This document shows positions 28,509 to 38,138 of a stretch of 64,000 nucleotides of DNA, one piece after another. This stretch comes from an uncultured Verrucomicrobiae bacterium (lineage in GTDB: Bacteria > Verrucomicrobiota > Verrucomicrobiia > Chthoniobacterales > UBA10450). Both the position numbers and the translations under genes were made by a program. Position 1 is the stretch's first letter. Each line of letters starts with the position of its first letter. The DNA is taken from assembly GCA_963756875.1 (NCBI GenBank), contig CAVWPA010000001.1, forward strand, positions 320,001 to 384,000. Direction: 5' to 3'. The notes under the pieces were generated by a model. It searched no databases and had not been told where the DNA came from. It saw nothing but the letters and a program-made list of their open reading frames with translations.

Positions 28509-29585
28509 CTATTGGCTGCGGTAGAAATTTTCAATCAAAGGTTTAAAATTGTTTTCCTCCACTTGGACAATCGCCATTTCGCGCTTCGCATTCTCGGCAG
28601 AGTCGGACGCATGCGCGGCATTGACCATGATGGTCTGGCCGAATTCTTTTCGGATTGAGCCCGGCGGCGCCTTGGCGGGATCGGTCGGACCGAGCACGTC
28701 CCGGATTTTGCGCACCGCATCTTCGCCCTGATAAACAATGGCGATGCATTTTTCCGTACCCGGCGCGTCGCGCTTTTCGGGCGGGCATTCACCGGGCGAC
28801 ATGCCCGACATGAACGCCACGATGCTCTCCCAATTTTCGCGTCCGCTTTTTTCTCCCAGTTTCTCTTTCAGAACGGGCAACACGGGGCCGTAGAATTCCT
28901 CCGCTTGCGCGACGCTCATGCGATGGACCTTGAACCCGATCATGGAAAGGCCGGTACGCGAAAACACTTCAATCACACTGCCCGGCCGCAGATTCGGAAA
29001 TTTGAAATTGTCCGGCTTAATCAACACCAGCGTCTTCTCGACTTTTGCGCCTTTCGGAAAATGGACCGCGTCGTCGAGGATGCCGCCGTCGGAATCGGAA
29101 AATTCAGCCCAGAGTTTCAGGTCGCGCTGAACGGCCTTCGGATCGAACGCAGCCAATACTCCTGGTTCGAAGTAAGTCACTTTGCCCGACTCGTCCGTGA
29201 CGTAGTCACCGAATGTATCACGGATTGTCTCGCCGCTGGTGCGCTCGTGCACGATGTGTCCGACCGAGCGATGGATTTTATCGATCGCGTGCGGACCTCG
29301 AAAGATTAGAAAAAGCGCGCGCGGACGTTCTCCCTTGATCTCGCCTGTAAAATTTTTCAGCACATAATCGCGAATGAGTTCCTGCGTTGCGCGATGACCG
29401 GCTTCCGCTTCGGTCACGATTGTCTGCGCGTATCGCTTTACGAGTCCCGCGCTCGGCGCAAACATCCGCGCGGCGACGAGATCGAGTCCGGTGCGCGAAA
29501 TGAGCCGCGCGATGATCCATCCGGTGCGCGATTTGCGCATCGAGTATGGCGTGACGATGGCGTAGGCTAGTTCTTCGGTCTGCAT
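28509..29585 (-). CDS. ndk: Nucleoside-diphosphate kinase, double-length (two NDK-like halves)
   Basis: C-half EKTLVLIKPD...GPTDPAKAPPGSIRKEFG...NAAHASDS; N-half degenerate (AYAIVTPY...TIRDTFG). Confidence 0.85.
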   Translation of the reverse strand: MQTEELAYAIVTPYSMRKSRTGWIIARLISRTGLDLVAARMFAPSAGLVKRYAQTIVTEAEAGHRATQELIRDYVLKNFTGEIKGERPRALFLIFRGPHAIDKIHRSVGHIVHERTSGETIRDTFGDYVTDESGKVTYFEPGVLAAFDPKAVQRDLKLWAEFSDSDGGILDDAVHFPKGAKVEKTLVLIKPDNFKFPNLRPGSVIEVFSRTGLSMIGFKVHRMSVAQAEEFYGPVLPVLKEKLGEKSGRENWESIVAFMSGMSPGECPPEKRDAPGTEKCIAIVYQGEDAVRKIRDVLGPTDPAKAPPGSIRKEFGQTIMVNAAHASDSAENAKREMAIVQVEENNFKPLIENFYRSQ

Positions 29586-29696
29586 GATTGCTCCAGCGGC
29601 TTATGATTTAAACCGCGGGGTGCAGAAAACCGTAGCCGCCAAAGGCAAATTGAATCTAGCTGGCGGCTTCTCTCGCGCAAATCTGTTTTGCTTTAC

Positions 29697-29757
29697 TGTA
29701 GCGGCGGTCTGCGACCGTCGCATCGATTCTGGTCGGCGGTCATAGACCGCCGCTACA
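29697..29757. repeat. GTAG REP doublet overlapping the prmA 3' end
   Basis: TGTAGCGGCGGTCT ... AGACCGCCGCTACA, 14-bp perfect arms. Confidence 0.85.
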
Positions 29758-30564
29758 ACGCGCTAGAATCGCCAGCCATTTTCCGCGTCGCCTGACCGCT
29801 ACAGTATTGATTCTGTTGCGCTTCAAGGCCCGAACAAATTCTCTTTCCTGCTCACGTAAAACGCCCGATAAAATCAACCAGCGACCTTTTGTTAGTGCCG
29901 GCAGAATTTCCATTAGCAATTCGCTGAACAAGTTCGCGGTGACCATGTCGGTGCGGGGCGGCAATTTCCACGCCCGCACATCGGCAACCCGAAATTGCAC
30001 GTTGTCGATCCGGTTTGAGCGCGCGTTTTTTTTGGCCGTGGAAATGGCGATTGGATCGTCATCGATCGCAATGATCCGCCCCGCGCCGAGCCGTTTCCCC
30101 GCAAGCGCGAGAATTCCCGTGCCGGTGCCGAGATCGGCCATCGACCAACCGGCTTTCCAGGCGCGGGTGGTTTGTTCGAGCAATCGCAACGACATGGCCG
30201 TCGTTGCGTGTTCGCCTGTGCCGAATGCTCCCCCGGCCGGAATAAGGAGACTGTAGGGGAAGCTGCCAGCTTCTCGTTTTCCAGGGGAACGAACGATGAT
30301 CAGCCGCTTTCCAATCTTCAGCCTTCTGGCTGTCTGTTTGCGTGCGAACCGCTCCAGCCAATTCGTTGGCAATCTGTCAATGCGGCCGCCAAATTCCTTC
30401 GTGAGCGCTCGCAAATCCTTCGACGACTGGCACGCCGCCTCAACCTGCAATCGTTTCCTGATCGGTCGCTCGATGATGGCCAGCCGATCGCCCAGCCGCG
30501 ATTGCAACCTCTCCTCGTTCTCCGCCAACCACTGCGGAGTAGCTAGCCTTTGCCACAAATACAT
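29740..30564 (-). CDS. prmA: Ribosomal protein L11 methyltransferase
   Basis: AFGTGEHATT, DLGTGTGILA, ANL, LILSG. Confidence 0.9.
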   Translation of the reverse strand: MYLWQRLATPQWLAENEERLQSRLGDRLAIIERPIRKRLQVEAACQSSKDLRALTKEFGGRIDRLPTNWLERFARKQTARRLKIGKRLIIVRSPGKREAGSFPYSLLIPAGGAFGTGEHATTAMSLRLLEQTTRAWKAGWSMADLGTGTGILALAGKRLGAGRIIAIDDDPIAISTAKKNARSNRIDNVQFRVADVRAWKLPPRTDMVTANLFSELLMEILPALTKGRWLILSGVLREQEREFVRALKRNRINTVAVRRRGKWLAILARCSGGL

Positions 30565-30578
30565 GCGTCAATCGTGCT

Positions 30579-31529
30579 GTGAAGCTTTTGGGTATTCATC
30601 ATATCACGGCCATCGCCACCGATCCGCAGCGTAATCTCGATTTTTACACGCGCCTGCTCGGGCTGCGTTTCGTGAAGCGGACGGTTAATTTCGACGATCC
30701 GCAGACCTACCATTTTTACTTTGGCGACCGAATGGGGAAACCGGGAACGGTGATTACCTTTTTTCCGTGGCCGGGCGCGCGGCGCGGCAGCCGTGGAAAC
30801 GGTCAAGTCGTGGCGGCCGGCTTCGCTGTTCCTCGTGACGCAATCGATTACTGGAAATCACGATTCAAGGATCATGGAGTTTTCTGTGAAGAGACATCAC
30901 CGCGTTTTGGAGACACGGTCCTGCGTTTTACCGATGCCGATGGGCTGATGCTCGAACTGGTGGGGTCGGTTCGTCTCAACGACGTCGATCTCAATTTCGA
31001 AGGCGAAGTTCCCAGGGAATTCGCTCTTCGAGGTTTTCACGCGCCATCGCTGGAAGTGGAAAAGGCGGACGCGCCCGAATTGCTGCTGACCGAAACGCTG
31101 GGCTTTGAGTTCGTCGAGCAGGAAAACCAGCGTCGGCGATTTTCGCTGAACACGGAGTTGACCAGCGCGACAATCGATTTAATCGAGCGGCCGGGCGGAG
31201 GATTCGGGCACGTCGCGGCCGGAACGGTGCACCACATCGCTTTCCGAGCGGCCACCGACAAGGAGCAAGTGGCCTGGCGTAAAAAAATCATCGATCTGGG
31301 CCTGGTCGTTACTCCGGTGATCGACCGGCAATATTTTCATTCGATTTATTTCCGCGAGCCGGGCGGCATCCTTTTCGAAATTGCGACCGAGAGTCCCGGG
31401 TTCGCGGTCGACGAACCGGTGGAACATCTCGGCGAAAATTTGGAATTGCCACCGCAATACGAGCCGATTCGCGCCGAGCTCGAGGCGTCGCTTCCGCCGA
31501 TTCGGTTGGCAGGAGAACGCAACGCGTGA
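30579..31529 (+). CDS. Ring-cleaving dioxygenase, VOC family (MhqO/PcpA-like)
   Basis: GIHHITAI, KRTVNFDDP.TYHFY, GTVHHIAFR, DRQYFHSIYFREPGGILFEIAT. Confidence 0.92.
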   Translation: MKLLGIHHITAIATDPQRNLDFYTRLLGLRFVKRTVNFDDPQTYHFYFGDRMGKPGTVITFFPWPGARRGSRGNGQVVAAGFAVPRDAIDYWKSRFKDHGVFCEETSPRFGDTVLRFTDADGLMLELVGSVRLNDVDLNFEGEVPREFALRGFHAPSLEVEKADAPELLLTETLGFEFVEQENQRRRFSLNTELTSATIDLIERPGGGFGHVAAGTVHHIAFRAATDKEQVAWRKKIIDLGLVVTPVIDRQYFHSIYFREPGGILFEIATESPGFAVDEPVEHLGENLELPPQYEPIRAELEASLPPIRLAGERNA

Positions 31530-32179
31530 AAGATCTCGATTTCATTCACCATTTTGTCCCGGCGAAGAACGGCTCGTTCCGGACACTTTTGCTTTTGCAC
31601 GGCACCGGTGGGAACGAAAATCAGCTGCTGGAGCTGGGGAGGGCGATCGATCCCTCCGCTGCTCTTTTAAGTCCGCGCGGCAAGATTTTGGAAAACGGCG
31701 CGCCACGCTTCTTTCGTCGTCTGTCGGAGGGCGTGTTCGATGAAGCCGACGTAGTTGCCCGCGCGGAGGAGCTCTCCCGTTTCGTTGGGCAGGCTACAGC
31801 CGGTTATGCGATCGACGCAAAGGGGTTGGTCGCGGTTGGATATTCCAACGGCGCAAACATCGCGGCGGCGATGATGTTGCTTGGCATCGCCGGCTTTTCG
31901 AGCGCGATCCTGCTGCGGTCCATGGTCCCGCTTTCTCGCCTGGACCTGCCGGCCCCGACACCAGGACGCGTATTGCTTTTGGCCGGAGAATCTGATCCAA
32001 TCGCGCAGCCTGCGACTGCCAATAAGTTGGCGATGTTGCTGGAAAAAACAGGAAAGGAAATTGAGTTGATTATTCACCCCGGGGTCGGTCATGCGCTGGT
32101 GGAAAATGATGTTCTTGCGTCCCGGCAATGGCTGGGAGGTAGCGAGTTGGATTTGACCGAAAGGCATTCATTCCGATAA
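31526..32179 (+). CDS. Alpha/beta hydrolase (MhqD-like esterase)
   Basis: LLLHGTGGNE, RFFRR, GYSNGA, D and H of the triad; GTGA-coupled to the dioxygenase. Confidence 0.88.
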   Translation: MKDLDFIHHFVPAKNGSFRTLLLLHGTGGNENQLLELGRAIDPSAALLSPRGKILENGAPRFFRRLSEGVFDEADVVARAEELSRFVGQATAGYAIDAKGLVAVGYSNGANIAAAMMLLGIAGFSSAILLRSMVPLSRLDLPAPTPGRVLLLAGESDPIAQPATANKLAMLLEKTGKEIELIIHPGVGHALVENDVLASRQWLGGSELDLTERHSFR

Positions 32180-32198
32180 ATAGACAGCTTTTCATGTC

Positions 32199-33257
32199 AT
32201 GCTGATTGTAATGAACACTGGCGCCACCGACGAAGAAATCGATGGTGTGGTCGAAATAATCGAGTCGCTCGGTTTCCGGGCTCATGTGATGCCTGGGATG
32301 ACGCGAACGGCGATCGGGGTGACCGGCAATAAAGGACCGGTCGATCTCAGCCATTTCGAGAATTTGCCGGGGGTGGCGGAAGCGATCCGCGTTACAAAGC
32401 CGTATAAGCTGGTTTCGCTCGATCTTCGTCCGGACCGAACGGTGGTCGATTTTGGCGATGGCGCAAAAATCGGTGACGGGTCGCTTGCGATCATCGCGGG
32501 GCCCTGTTCGATCGAGAATCGTAAACAGGCGTTCGAAGTTGCCGCGTCCGTCATGAAAAGCGGCGCCAGGTTTTTCCGCGGCGGCGCATTCAAACCGCGC
32601 ACCTCGCCGTATTCGTTTTCGGGTCTTGGAGAAGAAGCGTTAAGAATCCTGGCAGAGATCCGCGAGCAATTCGGCTTGAAAATCGTTACCGAGGCACTGG
32701 ATGAAGCCAATGTCGATTTGGTCGAAAAATATGCGGACATGATTCAGATTGGTGCGCGCAACATGCAAAACTTCACTTTGTTGCGTCGAGTCGGCCGTTC
32801 CAAATTGCCGGTCCTTTTGAAGCGGGGCATGGCGGCAACCCTGGAGGAATGGTTGCTTGCGGCCGAATACGTAATGGCGGAAGGAAACTACAGAGTCGTG
32901 TTGTGCGAACGCGGTGTAAGAACTTTCGCACAGCACACTCGCAATACCCTCGATCTTGCCGCGGTACCGGCCGTTCGACGCATTTCTCATCTGCCGGTAA
33001 TCGTGGATGCGGCGCATGGGACTGGGAGAAGTTACATGGTTGCGCCCCTGGCGCGCGCCGGCGTGGCCGTCGGAGCGGACGGAATCATGATCGAGGTGCA
33101 TGCTCGCCCGGAAGAGGCATTGTCGGACGGCGCCCAGGCCCTCAATCTCGAGGAATATTCGCAAGCCGTGAAAGAGCTTCGGGCGATCCACAACGTGGTG
33201 TCTTCTGAAGAAGCGTCTCCGACGCCGTTACTGAAAGTGGTCGCTAATCCGCGCTGA
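32199..33257 (+). CDS. aroF: DAHP synthase class I-beta with N-terminal ferredoxin-like regulatory domain
   Basis: [40 protein letters not shown]. Confidence 0.95.
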   Translation: MLIVMNTGATDEEIDGVVEIIESLGFRAHVMPGMTRTAIGVTGNKGPVDLSHFENLPGVAEAIRVTKPYKLVSLDLRPDRTVVDFGDGAKIGDGSLAIIAGPCSIENRKQAFEVAASVMKSGARFFRGGAFKPRTSPYSFSGLGEEALRILAEIREQFGLKIVTEALDEANVDLVEKYADMIQIGARNMQNFTLLRRVGRSKLPVLLKRGMAATLEEWLLAAEYVMAEGNYRVVLCERGVRTFAQHTRNTLDLAAVPAVRRISHLPVIVDAAHGTGRSYMVAPLARAGVAVGADGIMIEVHARPEEALSDGAQALNLEEYSQAVKELRAIHNVVSSEEASPTPLLKVVANPR

Positions 33258-33318
33258 GCGAGAACATGTCTCCGATCGATTAACGCCGGCGTCGCTGGCG
33301 GAGAAACAGAGCTGCTCA

Positions 33319-33882
33319 CTACAGGCTCAAAAAATTCGCGAGAAGCTTTTTCCCCTCCGCTGTCAGGATCGATTCCGGGTGAAATTGCACGCCGTAAATT
33401 GGAAATTTCCGGTGCTGCAATCCCATGATTTCGCCGTCGTCGGTCTCGGCGGTGATTTCCAGCGAGTCTGGCAACGATTCGCGCCGGACGATCAATGAAT
33501 GGTAGCGCGTTGCCTCAAGCGGCTGCGCCAGGTCTTGGAAAACGCCGCGATTGTTATGCCGGATCGTTGATGTCTTGCCATGCATCGGCTTTTCGGCGCG
33601 CACGATCTGCCCGCCAAAGACTTGCGCGATGCACTGATGACCGAGGCAAACCCCCAGAATCGGAACGCGCCCCCCCATCTCGCGAACGACCTCTTCGCTG
33701 ATTCCGGCATCTTCCGGCCGGCCCGGCCCGGGCGAGATGCAGATCCGGTCGGGGCCGAGTTTTTTGATCTCGCCGGCCGTCACTTCGTCGTTCCGCTTGA
33801 CGACAATATCCGCCCGCAGCTCACCGAAATACTGGGCGAGATTGTAAGTGAACGAGTCGTAATTATCGATGAGGAGAAGCAT
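33319..33882 (-). CDS. trpG: Anthranilate synthase component II
   Basis: [39 protein letters not shown]. Confidence 0.93.
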   Translation of the reverse strand: MLLLIDNYDSFTYNLAQYFGELRADIVVKRNDEVTAGEIKKLGPDRICISPGPGRPEDAGISEEVVREMGGRVPILGVCLGHQCIAQVFGGQIVRAEKPMHGKTSTIRHNNRGVFQDLAQPLEATRYHSLIVRRESLPDSLEITAETDDGEIMGLQHRKFPIYGVQFHPESILTAEGKKLLANFLSL

Positions 33883-33888
33883 TTCTTC

Positions 33889-33950
33889 TGTAGCGGCAGC
33901 CGTGTCGGCTGCGCACCGCAACCTTCGCCCCCGACACATTTGCCGCTACA
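33889..33950. repeat. GTAG REP doublet between trpE and trpG
   Basis: TGTAGCGGCA ... TGCCGCTACA; contains the trpE TAG stop. Confidence 0.8.
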
Positions 33951-35427
33951 ATTTTTTCGCGCGACCAATTGCTTCAAGCATCGCTTTTGCTTTGTTCACG
34001 GTCTCGTCGAATTCGCGGGAAGGATCGGAGTCAGCCACAATCCCGGCGCCGCTTTGCAGGTACGCGCTGCCGTCTTGAAGCACAATTGAACGGATCGCGA
34101 TGCAGCTGTCGTGTGAGCCGTCGAAACCGAAGTAACCGACAATTCCGGCGTAAAATCCGCGCCGGCTTTTTTCCAGTTCCGCAATGATTTGCATGGCGCG
34201 AATTTTCGGCGCGCCGGAAACAGTGCCGGCGGGAAACGTGGCCCGCATCGCATCGAATGCATTCTTTCCGTCGCGCAGGCGCGCCACTACGTGAGACACG
34301 ATGTGCATGACATGACTGTAGCGTTCGATCGCCATTTGCTCGGTTACCTGGACCGTGCCGAATTGAGCGACACGGCCGAGGTCGTTGCGGCCGAGATCGA
34401 TCAACATCACGTGTTCGGCCCGCTCTTTTGGATCCGCAATCAGTTCGCTGGCAAGTCGTTCGTCTTCAGCGGAATCGCTTCCGCGGGGCCGGGTGCCGGC
34501 AATCGGCCGAATTTGAGCGACGCTCTCCCGCACTCGGACGTGCAACTCCGGCGAACTGCCGAGGGCGACAAAATCCTTCTTTAACTTAAGACAAAACATA
34601 TAGGGCGAGGGATTACCGAAACGGAGGCAGCGGTAGAGATCGAGCGGATCCCCGGCGAATTTGGTTTCGAAACGCTGCGAGAGGACTACCTGGAAGATGT
34701 CGCCGGCGGCGATGAGCTCCTTTCCCCGGACCACCATCGATTCAAATTCTTCGCGAGTGGTGTTGCTGCGCGCAGGCGGCGGCGCCTCGATCGGTTGCGC
34801 ATCAATGGGGCGAAGAATTTTCGATTGATTAAGCCGTTCAATTGCGTTCTCGAGATCGCCGCGCGCGCGGTTGTATCCCTCATCAACGGAAGTTTGATCG
34901 TCGATGCACGCACTGATTATGAGACGCAGTTTGCGGAAGCGATGATCGAAAACGAGCAGCGTGCGCGCGATCATGAACATCATGTCGGGCAGGTGCAGAT
35001 CGTCTTTTGGATGAACCGGAACCGTCGGCTCGAAGAAGCGCACAAGATCGTAACCAATGTACCCGACAGCGCCGCCGGCGAAGTGCGGCAACTCCCTGGG
35101 TGCGACAAATTGAAATTGCGCCATGAGTCCTTCCAGTTCGGCAAGCGGATCGCTCTTCGTTTCGAAACTCCGGGTGCGTCCGTTCTCGGTGATGGAAATG
35201 GCCGATGCGGTACTTTCAAAAATGACCAGAGGATCGAACCCGATGAAGGAGAAGCGTCCCGATTCCTCGTGTTTCTCAGCCGATTCGAAGAGGAAACATG
35301 GTTTTCCCTGATCGATTTTGGCGAAGGCCGACACAGGGGTCTCCACATCCGCAACGAGATCGACAATTAACGGGATGAGATTGCCGCGTTTTGAGAGCGC
35401 GCGAAATTCGTCGCGGGAAGGGGAAAT
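33946..35427 (-). CDS. trpE: Anthranilate synthase component I (start codon unclear)
   Basis: FESAE, GRFSFIG, NPSPYM, SSPE, PIAGT, AEHVMLIDLGRND, PAGTVSGAPK. A TrpE-like frame extends upstream of GTG 35346 without a canonical start. Confidence 0.9.
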   Translation of the reverse strand: MSPSRDEFRALSKRGNLIPLIVDLVADVETPVSAFAKIDQGKPCFLFESAEKHEESGRFSFIGFDPLVIFESTASAISITENGRTRSFETKSDPLAELEGLMAQFQFVAPRELPHFAGGAVGYIGYDLVRFFEPTVPVHPKDDLHLPDMMFMIARTLLVFDHRFRKLRLIISACIDDQTSVDEGYNRARGDLENAIERLNQSKILRPIDAQPIEAPPPARSNTTREEFESMVVRGKELIAAGDIFQVVLSQRFETKFAGDPLDLYRCLRFGNPSPYMFCLKLKKDFVALGSSPELHVRVRESVAQIRPIAGTRPRGSDSAEDERLASELIADPKERAEHVMLIDLGRNDLGRVAQFGTVQVTEQMAIERYSHVMHIVSHVVARLRDGKNAFDAMRATFPAGTVSGAPKIRAMQIIAELEKSRRGFYAGIVGYFGFDGSHDSCIAIRSIVLQDGSAYLQSGAGIVADSDPSREFDETVNKAKAMLEAIGRAKKL

Positions 35428-35521
35428 GGAGTAATGTATTGGCGGAGTAATGGAGTGGTGGAGTGATGAGTTGCTGCGTCACAGTATTCCACTACTCCGG
35501 CACTCCACTACTCCATTTCTC
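35427..35521. repeat. Inverted octamer arrays (TGGAGTRN / CACTACTC)
   Basis: tggagtaa tgtattgg cggagtaa tggagtgg tggagtga ... cagtattc cactactc cggcactc cactactc. Confidence 0.75.
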
Positions 35522-35579
35522 GTTGAATTAGAGGTTGCAGAGCGGGCCTGCCACGTCATTATTTGGGTCCGCCAAAAAT

Positions 35580-35654
<75 letters not shown>

Positions 35655-35656
35655 GC

Positions 35657-35777
35657 CTTCGCTTTGGAGCGCAGCGGAAAAGTGAAGGCTGCCACGCCGG
35701 AGCCTTGGCGGAGGCGGGCGTTTTTTATTTTCATTTTGCGCTCCAAAGACTACGGCTTGGCAGGCCAGCCAGTGAAA
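35657..35777 (+). repeat. 121-bp structured direct repeat, copy 1
   Basis: Matches 36004-36124 with 2 mismatches; 12-bp stem CTTTGGAGCGCA/TGCGCTCCAAAG. Confidence 0.95.
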
Positions 35778-36002
35778 GGATTCTTTTACGTCTACATTCT
35801 CGTCAGCGAAATCGATGACGCGATTCACTACAGCGGTCTCACGCGCGACCTGGGGGCTAGACTAAAGGCGCACAACCAAGGGGGATGCCCGCATACACGC
35901 AAACACAGGCCATGGCGGGTCGAAACCGGAAACAAAGCGCTCGCCTTTGAAAGGTACCTCAAGACTGGCTCCGGGCGAGAATTCGGTCGTCGTCATTTTT
36001 GA
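35772..36002 (+). CDS. Small GIY-YIG nuclease (76 aa, possibly slightly deleted)
   Basis: GTG start inside the repeat: MKGFFYVYIL...HYSGLTRDLGARLKAHNQG...T..HRPW...AFERYLKTGSGR. Confidence 0.8.
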   Translation: MKGFFYVYILVSEIDDAIHYSGLTRDLGARLKAHNQGGCPHTRKHRPWRVETGNKALAFERYLKTGSGREFGRRHF

Positions 36003-36003
36003 A

Positions 36004-36124
36004 CTTCGCTTTGGAGCGCAGCGGAAAAGTGAAGGCTGCCACGCCGGAGCCTCGGCGGAGGCGGGCGTTTTCTATTTTCATTTTGCGCTCCAAAGACTAC
36101 GGCTTGGCAGGCCAGCCAGTGAAA
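36004..36124 (+). repeat. 121-bp structured direct repeat, copy 2
   Basis: Matches 35657-35777 with 2 mismatches; here GTGAAA is followed by TAA. Confidence 0.95.
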
Positions 36125-36175
36125 TAATTGAATCCAAACCGGTCCGCCGCCGCATCTTACTTTCAAAGGAATATC

Positions 36176-36826
36176 ATGAAAACATCACTCATCGTTTGTG
36201 TCTGCTCCCTCGGGCTCGCGCTTTGGGCCTTTGGCCAAAATGCACCCGCGACGCCGCCTGCGGCGACCTTGCCATCACCCGCGATGTCTGTTACTCCGTC
36301 GCCCACGGCAACCTCCTCGGCCTCGGAGGATTTGGCCGACAGGATTGAGCAGCGGATCGAGAAGAAATTCAGCGGACACCACGGCGTCGTCATCAGCGGT
36401 CATGGTGAAAAAGCCGAATCCGAGGATATCCCGGACATCGCGGTCCCCATCGTTGCGATCACATTGTTAACGGTATTTGGCGCGCCGGTGCTCATTGTTG
36501 CCGTGATCATGTATTTCAGTTTTTCCAAGTCCCGGGCGCTCCATCGCACCGTCCGGATGATGGTTGAAAAGGGCCAGCCAGTGCCCGCTGCGTTGTTAAA
36601 TCCACCGCCCGCCCAACGGCAGCGGTCCGACATGCGCCGGGGAGTTGTGCTGGTGATGATCGGTCTTGGCCTGATGGTCTTTCTCGGCGCCGTAAACGAT
36701 TGGGAAGGCGGTGCCTGGAGCATTGGCATCATTCCCTTTCTGATCGGGGCCGGCTACCTGCTGGTATGGAGGCTGGATGCAAAGAACAAAGACAATCCCA
36801 AGGACAACCCGCCGCCGCTGCCCTAG
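36176..36826 (+). CDS. Membrane protein, DUF6249-like, upstream of an ECF sigma factor
   Basis: Signal peptide, Pro/Ser linker, TM, LHRTVRMMVEKGQPVP, DMRRGVVL, two more TM helices. Confidence 0.7.
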   Translation: MKTSLIVCVCSLGLALWAFGQNAPATPPAATLPSPAMSVTPSPTATSSASEDLADRIEQRIEKKFSGHHGVVISGHGEKAESEDIPDIAVPIVAITLLTVFGAPVLIVAVIMYFSFSKSRALHRTVRMMVEKGQPVPAALLNPPPAQRQRSDMRRGVVLVMIGLGLMVFLGAVNDWEGGAWSIGIIPFLIGAGYLLVWRLDAKNKDNPKDNPPPLP

Positions 36827-36835
36827 TATCGAGCC

Positions 36836-37372
36836 GTGGAGCTCACTGATGCGGACCTCGTCGCGCGGGTTCTTGTCGATGACGACCAGCATGCGTTTGG
36901 CGAGTTGGTGCGAAGGCACCAGTCCAGCGTGCGCGGTCTGCTGCGACAACTTACCCGCACCGATCTTGCCCTGGCAGACGATCTCGCCCAGGAAACATTT
37001 CTCCGCGCCTACAAGCACATCCGCAGTTTTCGGGGCGAAGCGCGTTTTTCCACGTGGCTTTACCGGATTGCGTACAACTGTTTTCGCGAAGACGCGCGCC
37101 GCCGCAAGGAACTTGTGGGAATTAACGAGGAGCAATGGCAGGCCGAGGCCGATCCTCACACTGCCGATCCTGGTCTAAGACATGATCTTATGCATGCTCT
37201 AAGTTTACTGCCTCTGCACGAGCGAACGGCCGTATTGCTTTGTTGCCAAAATGGACTATCGCATGATGAGGCCGCCCGCGTTCTGGATATTCCGCTGGGG
37301 ACGGTCAAAACAAATGTCTTGCGCGGTCGGGAGAAATTAAAGAAAACACTGGCAGCGTGGGGGCCGAATTAG
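36836..37372 (+). CDS. ECF RNA polymerase sigma factor
   Basis: AFGELVRRH, ADDLAQETFLRAY, FSTWLYRIAYN, EAARVLDIPLGTVKT. Confidence 0.93.
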   Translation: MELTDADLVARVLVDDDQHAFGELVRRHQSSVRGLLRQLTRTDLALADDLAQETFLRAYKHIRSFRGEARFSTWLYRIAYNCFREDARRRKELVGINEEQWQAEADPHTADPGLRHDLMHALSLLPLHERTAVLLCCQNGLSHDEAARVLDIPLGTVKTNVLRGREKLKKTLAAWGPN

Positions 37373-37373
37373 T

Positions 37374-37712
37374 ATGAACGATATGAACCGGGAAGACTGG
37401 CTGGATCAACAATTGCGCGATGCTGCGCCATACATCGACGACGATGGATTCACCCGGCGTGTCATGGCCAGCCTGCCTGCGCCGAGACGCGGGCGGGAAT
37501 CGCTGCGGACGATCATCCTGATCGGGATCACCCTGCTTGCCAGCGTGCTTGCTGCGATTTCGGGCGGAGGCCGCTTCGTCACAGTGGAAGTAATGCGGCT
37601 AACCGCTTTGCCTGCCTTGTGGATTTTCGTGTTCGCAGTCGGCGCCGGATTTCTGGTGATGACGGGCGGTCTTGTCGCCGCCGTTGCTAGGACAAGCCGC
37701 GATCGCCTCTAA
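37374..37712 (+). CDS. Putative membrane anti-sigma factor
   Basis: YIDDDGFTRRVMASLP followed by two TM helices; directly downstream of the sigma gene. Confidence 0.7.
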   Translation: MNDMNREDWLDQQLRDAAPYIDDDGFTRRVMASLPAPRRGRESLRTIILIGITLLASVLAAISGGGRFVTVEVMRLTALPALWIFVFAVGAGFLVMTGGLVAAVARTSRDRL

Positions 37713-37720
37713 TACATCGA

Positions 37721-37749
37721 TTGCATTAGACGATCTTAGACACTAACTT
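37721..37749 (+). promoter_or_regulatory. Sigma70-type promoter, probably giving a leaderless mRNA
   Basis: TTGCAT - 17 nt - TAACTT, with ATG 5 nt downstream of the -10 box. Confidence 0.5.
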
Positions 37750-37754
37750 ATCGG

Positions 37755-38138
37755 ATGTTTAGAAACATTCCGAGTTCCGTCCTTAGGGAACTGGTGAAAC
37801 TTTCCGAGCGCAAGGAAGCGCTCATGGCGCGAATCCAGGAGATTGATCGCCGAATGGTGCGGGTCCAGGCGACGTTCGGAATTCCAGTGCATGGTGACGA
37901 GCAGGCTGCCCCTGTCACGGTATCCGGGATGACCCGCCGGCGTCGGGCGAAGCGCGGCGCTCTTAAGGAGAAAATCGTGGGAGCTTTGCGCAAAGCCGGG
38001 AAAAGAGGGGCCACCATTCGTGAGCTCGCGGCAAAACTGCATGTTCCGAGCGCGAATCTTTACGTTTGGTTTAACGGCACAGGCAGAAACGTGCCAGGGA
38101 TCCGGAAGATCGGTGTGGCCAAATACCGGTTAGGCTAG
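37755..38138 (+). CDS. Small basic coiled-coil + winged-HTH protein (candidate nucleoid-associated protein)
   Basis: N-terminal heptad helix, Arg-rich linker, then LKEKIVGAL...TIRELAAKL...NLYVWF. Confidence 0.65.
   Translation: MFRNIPSSVLRELVKLSERKEALMARIQEIDRRMVRVQATFGIPVHGDEQAAPVTVSGMTRRRRAKRGALKEKIVGALRKAGKRGATIRELAAKLHVPSANLYVWFNGTGRNVPGIRKIGVAKYRLG

Noticed and set aside
35430..35560. Classical trp leader-peptide attenuator
   Set aside because: No Trp-codon-rich short ORF on the trpE strand (the nearby ATG reads ATG GAG TAG); the TGG triplets come from the octamer repeat.
35657..36124. CRISPR array or integrase attL/attR at tRNA-Gly
   Set aside because: Only two 121-bp repeats around a coding spacer; no cas genes, no integrase, and the tRNA 3' end is not duplicated.
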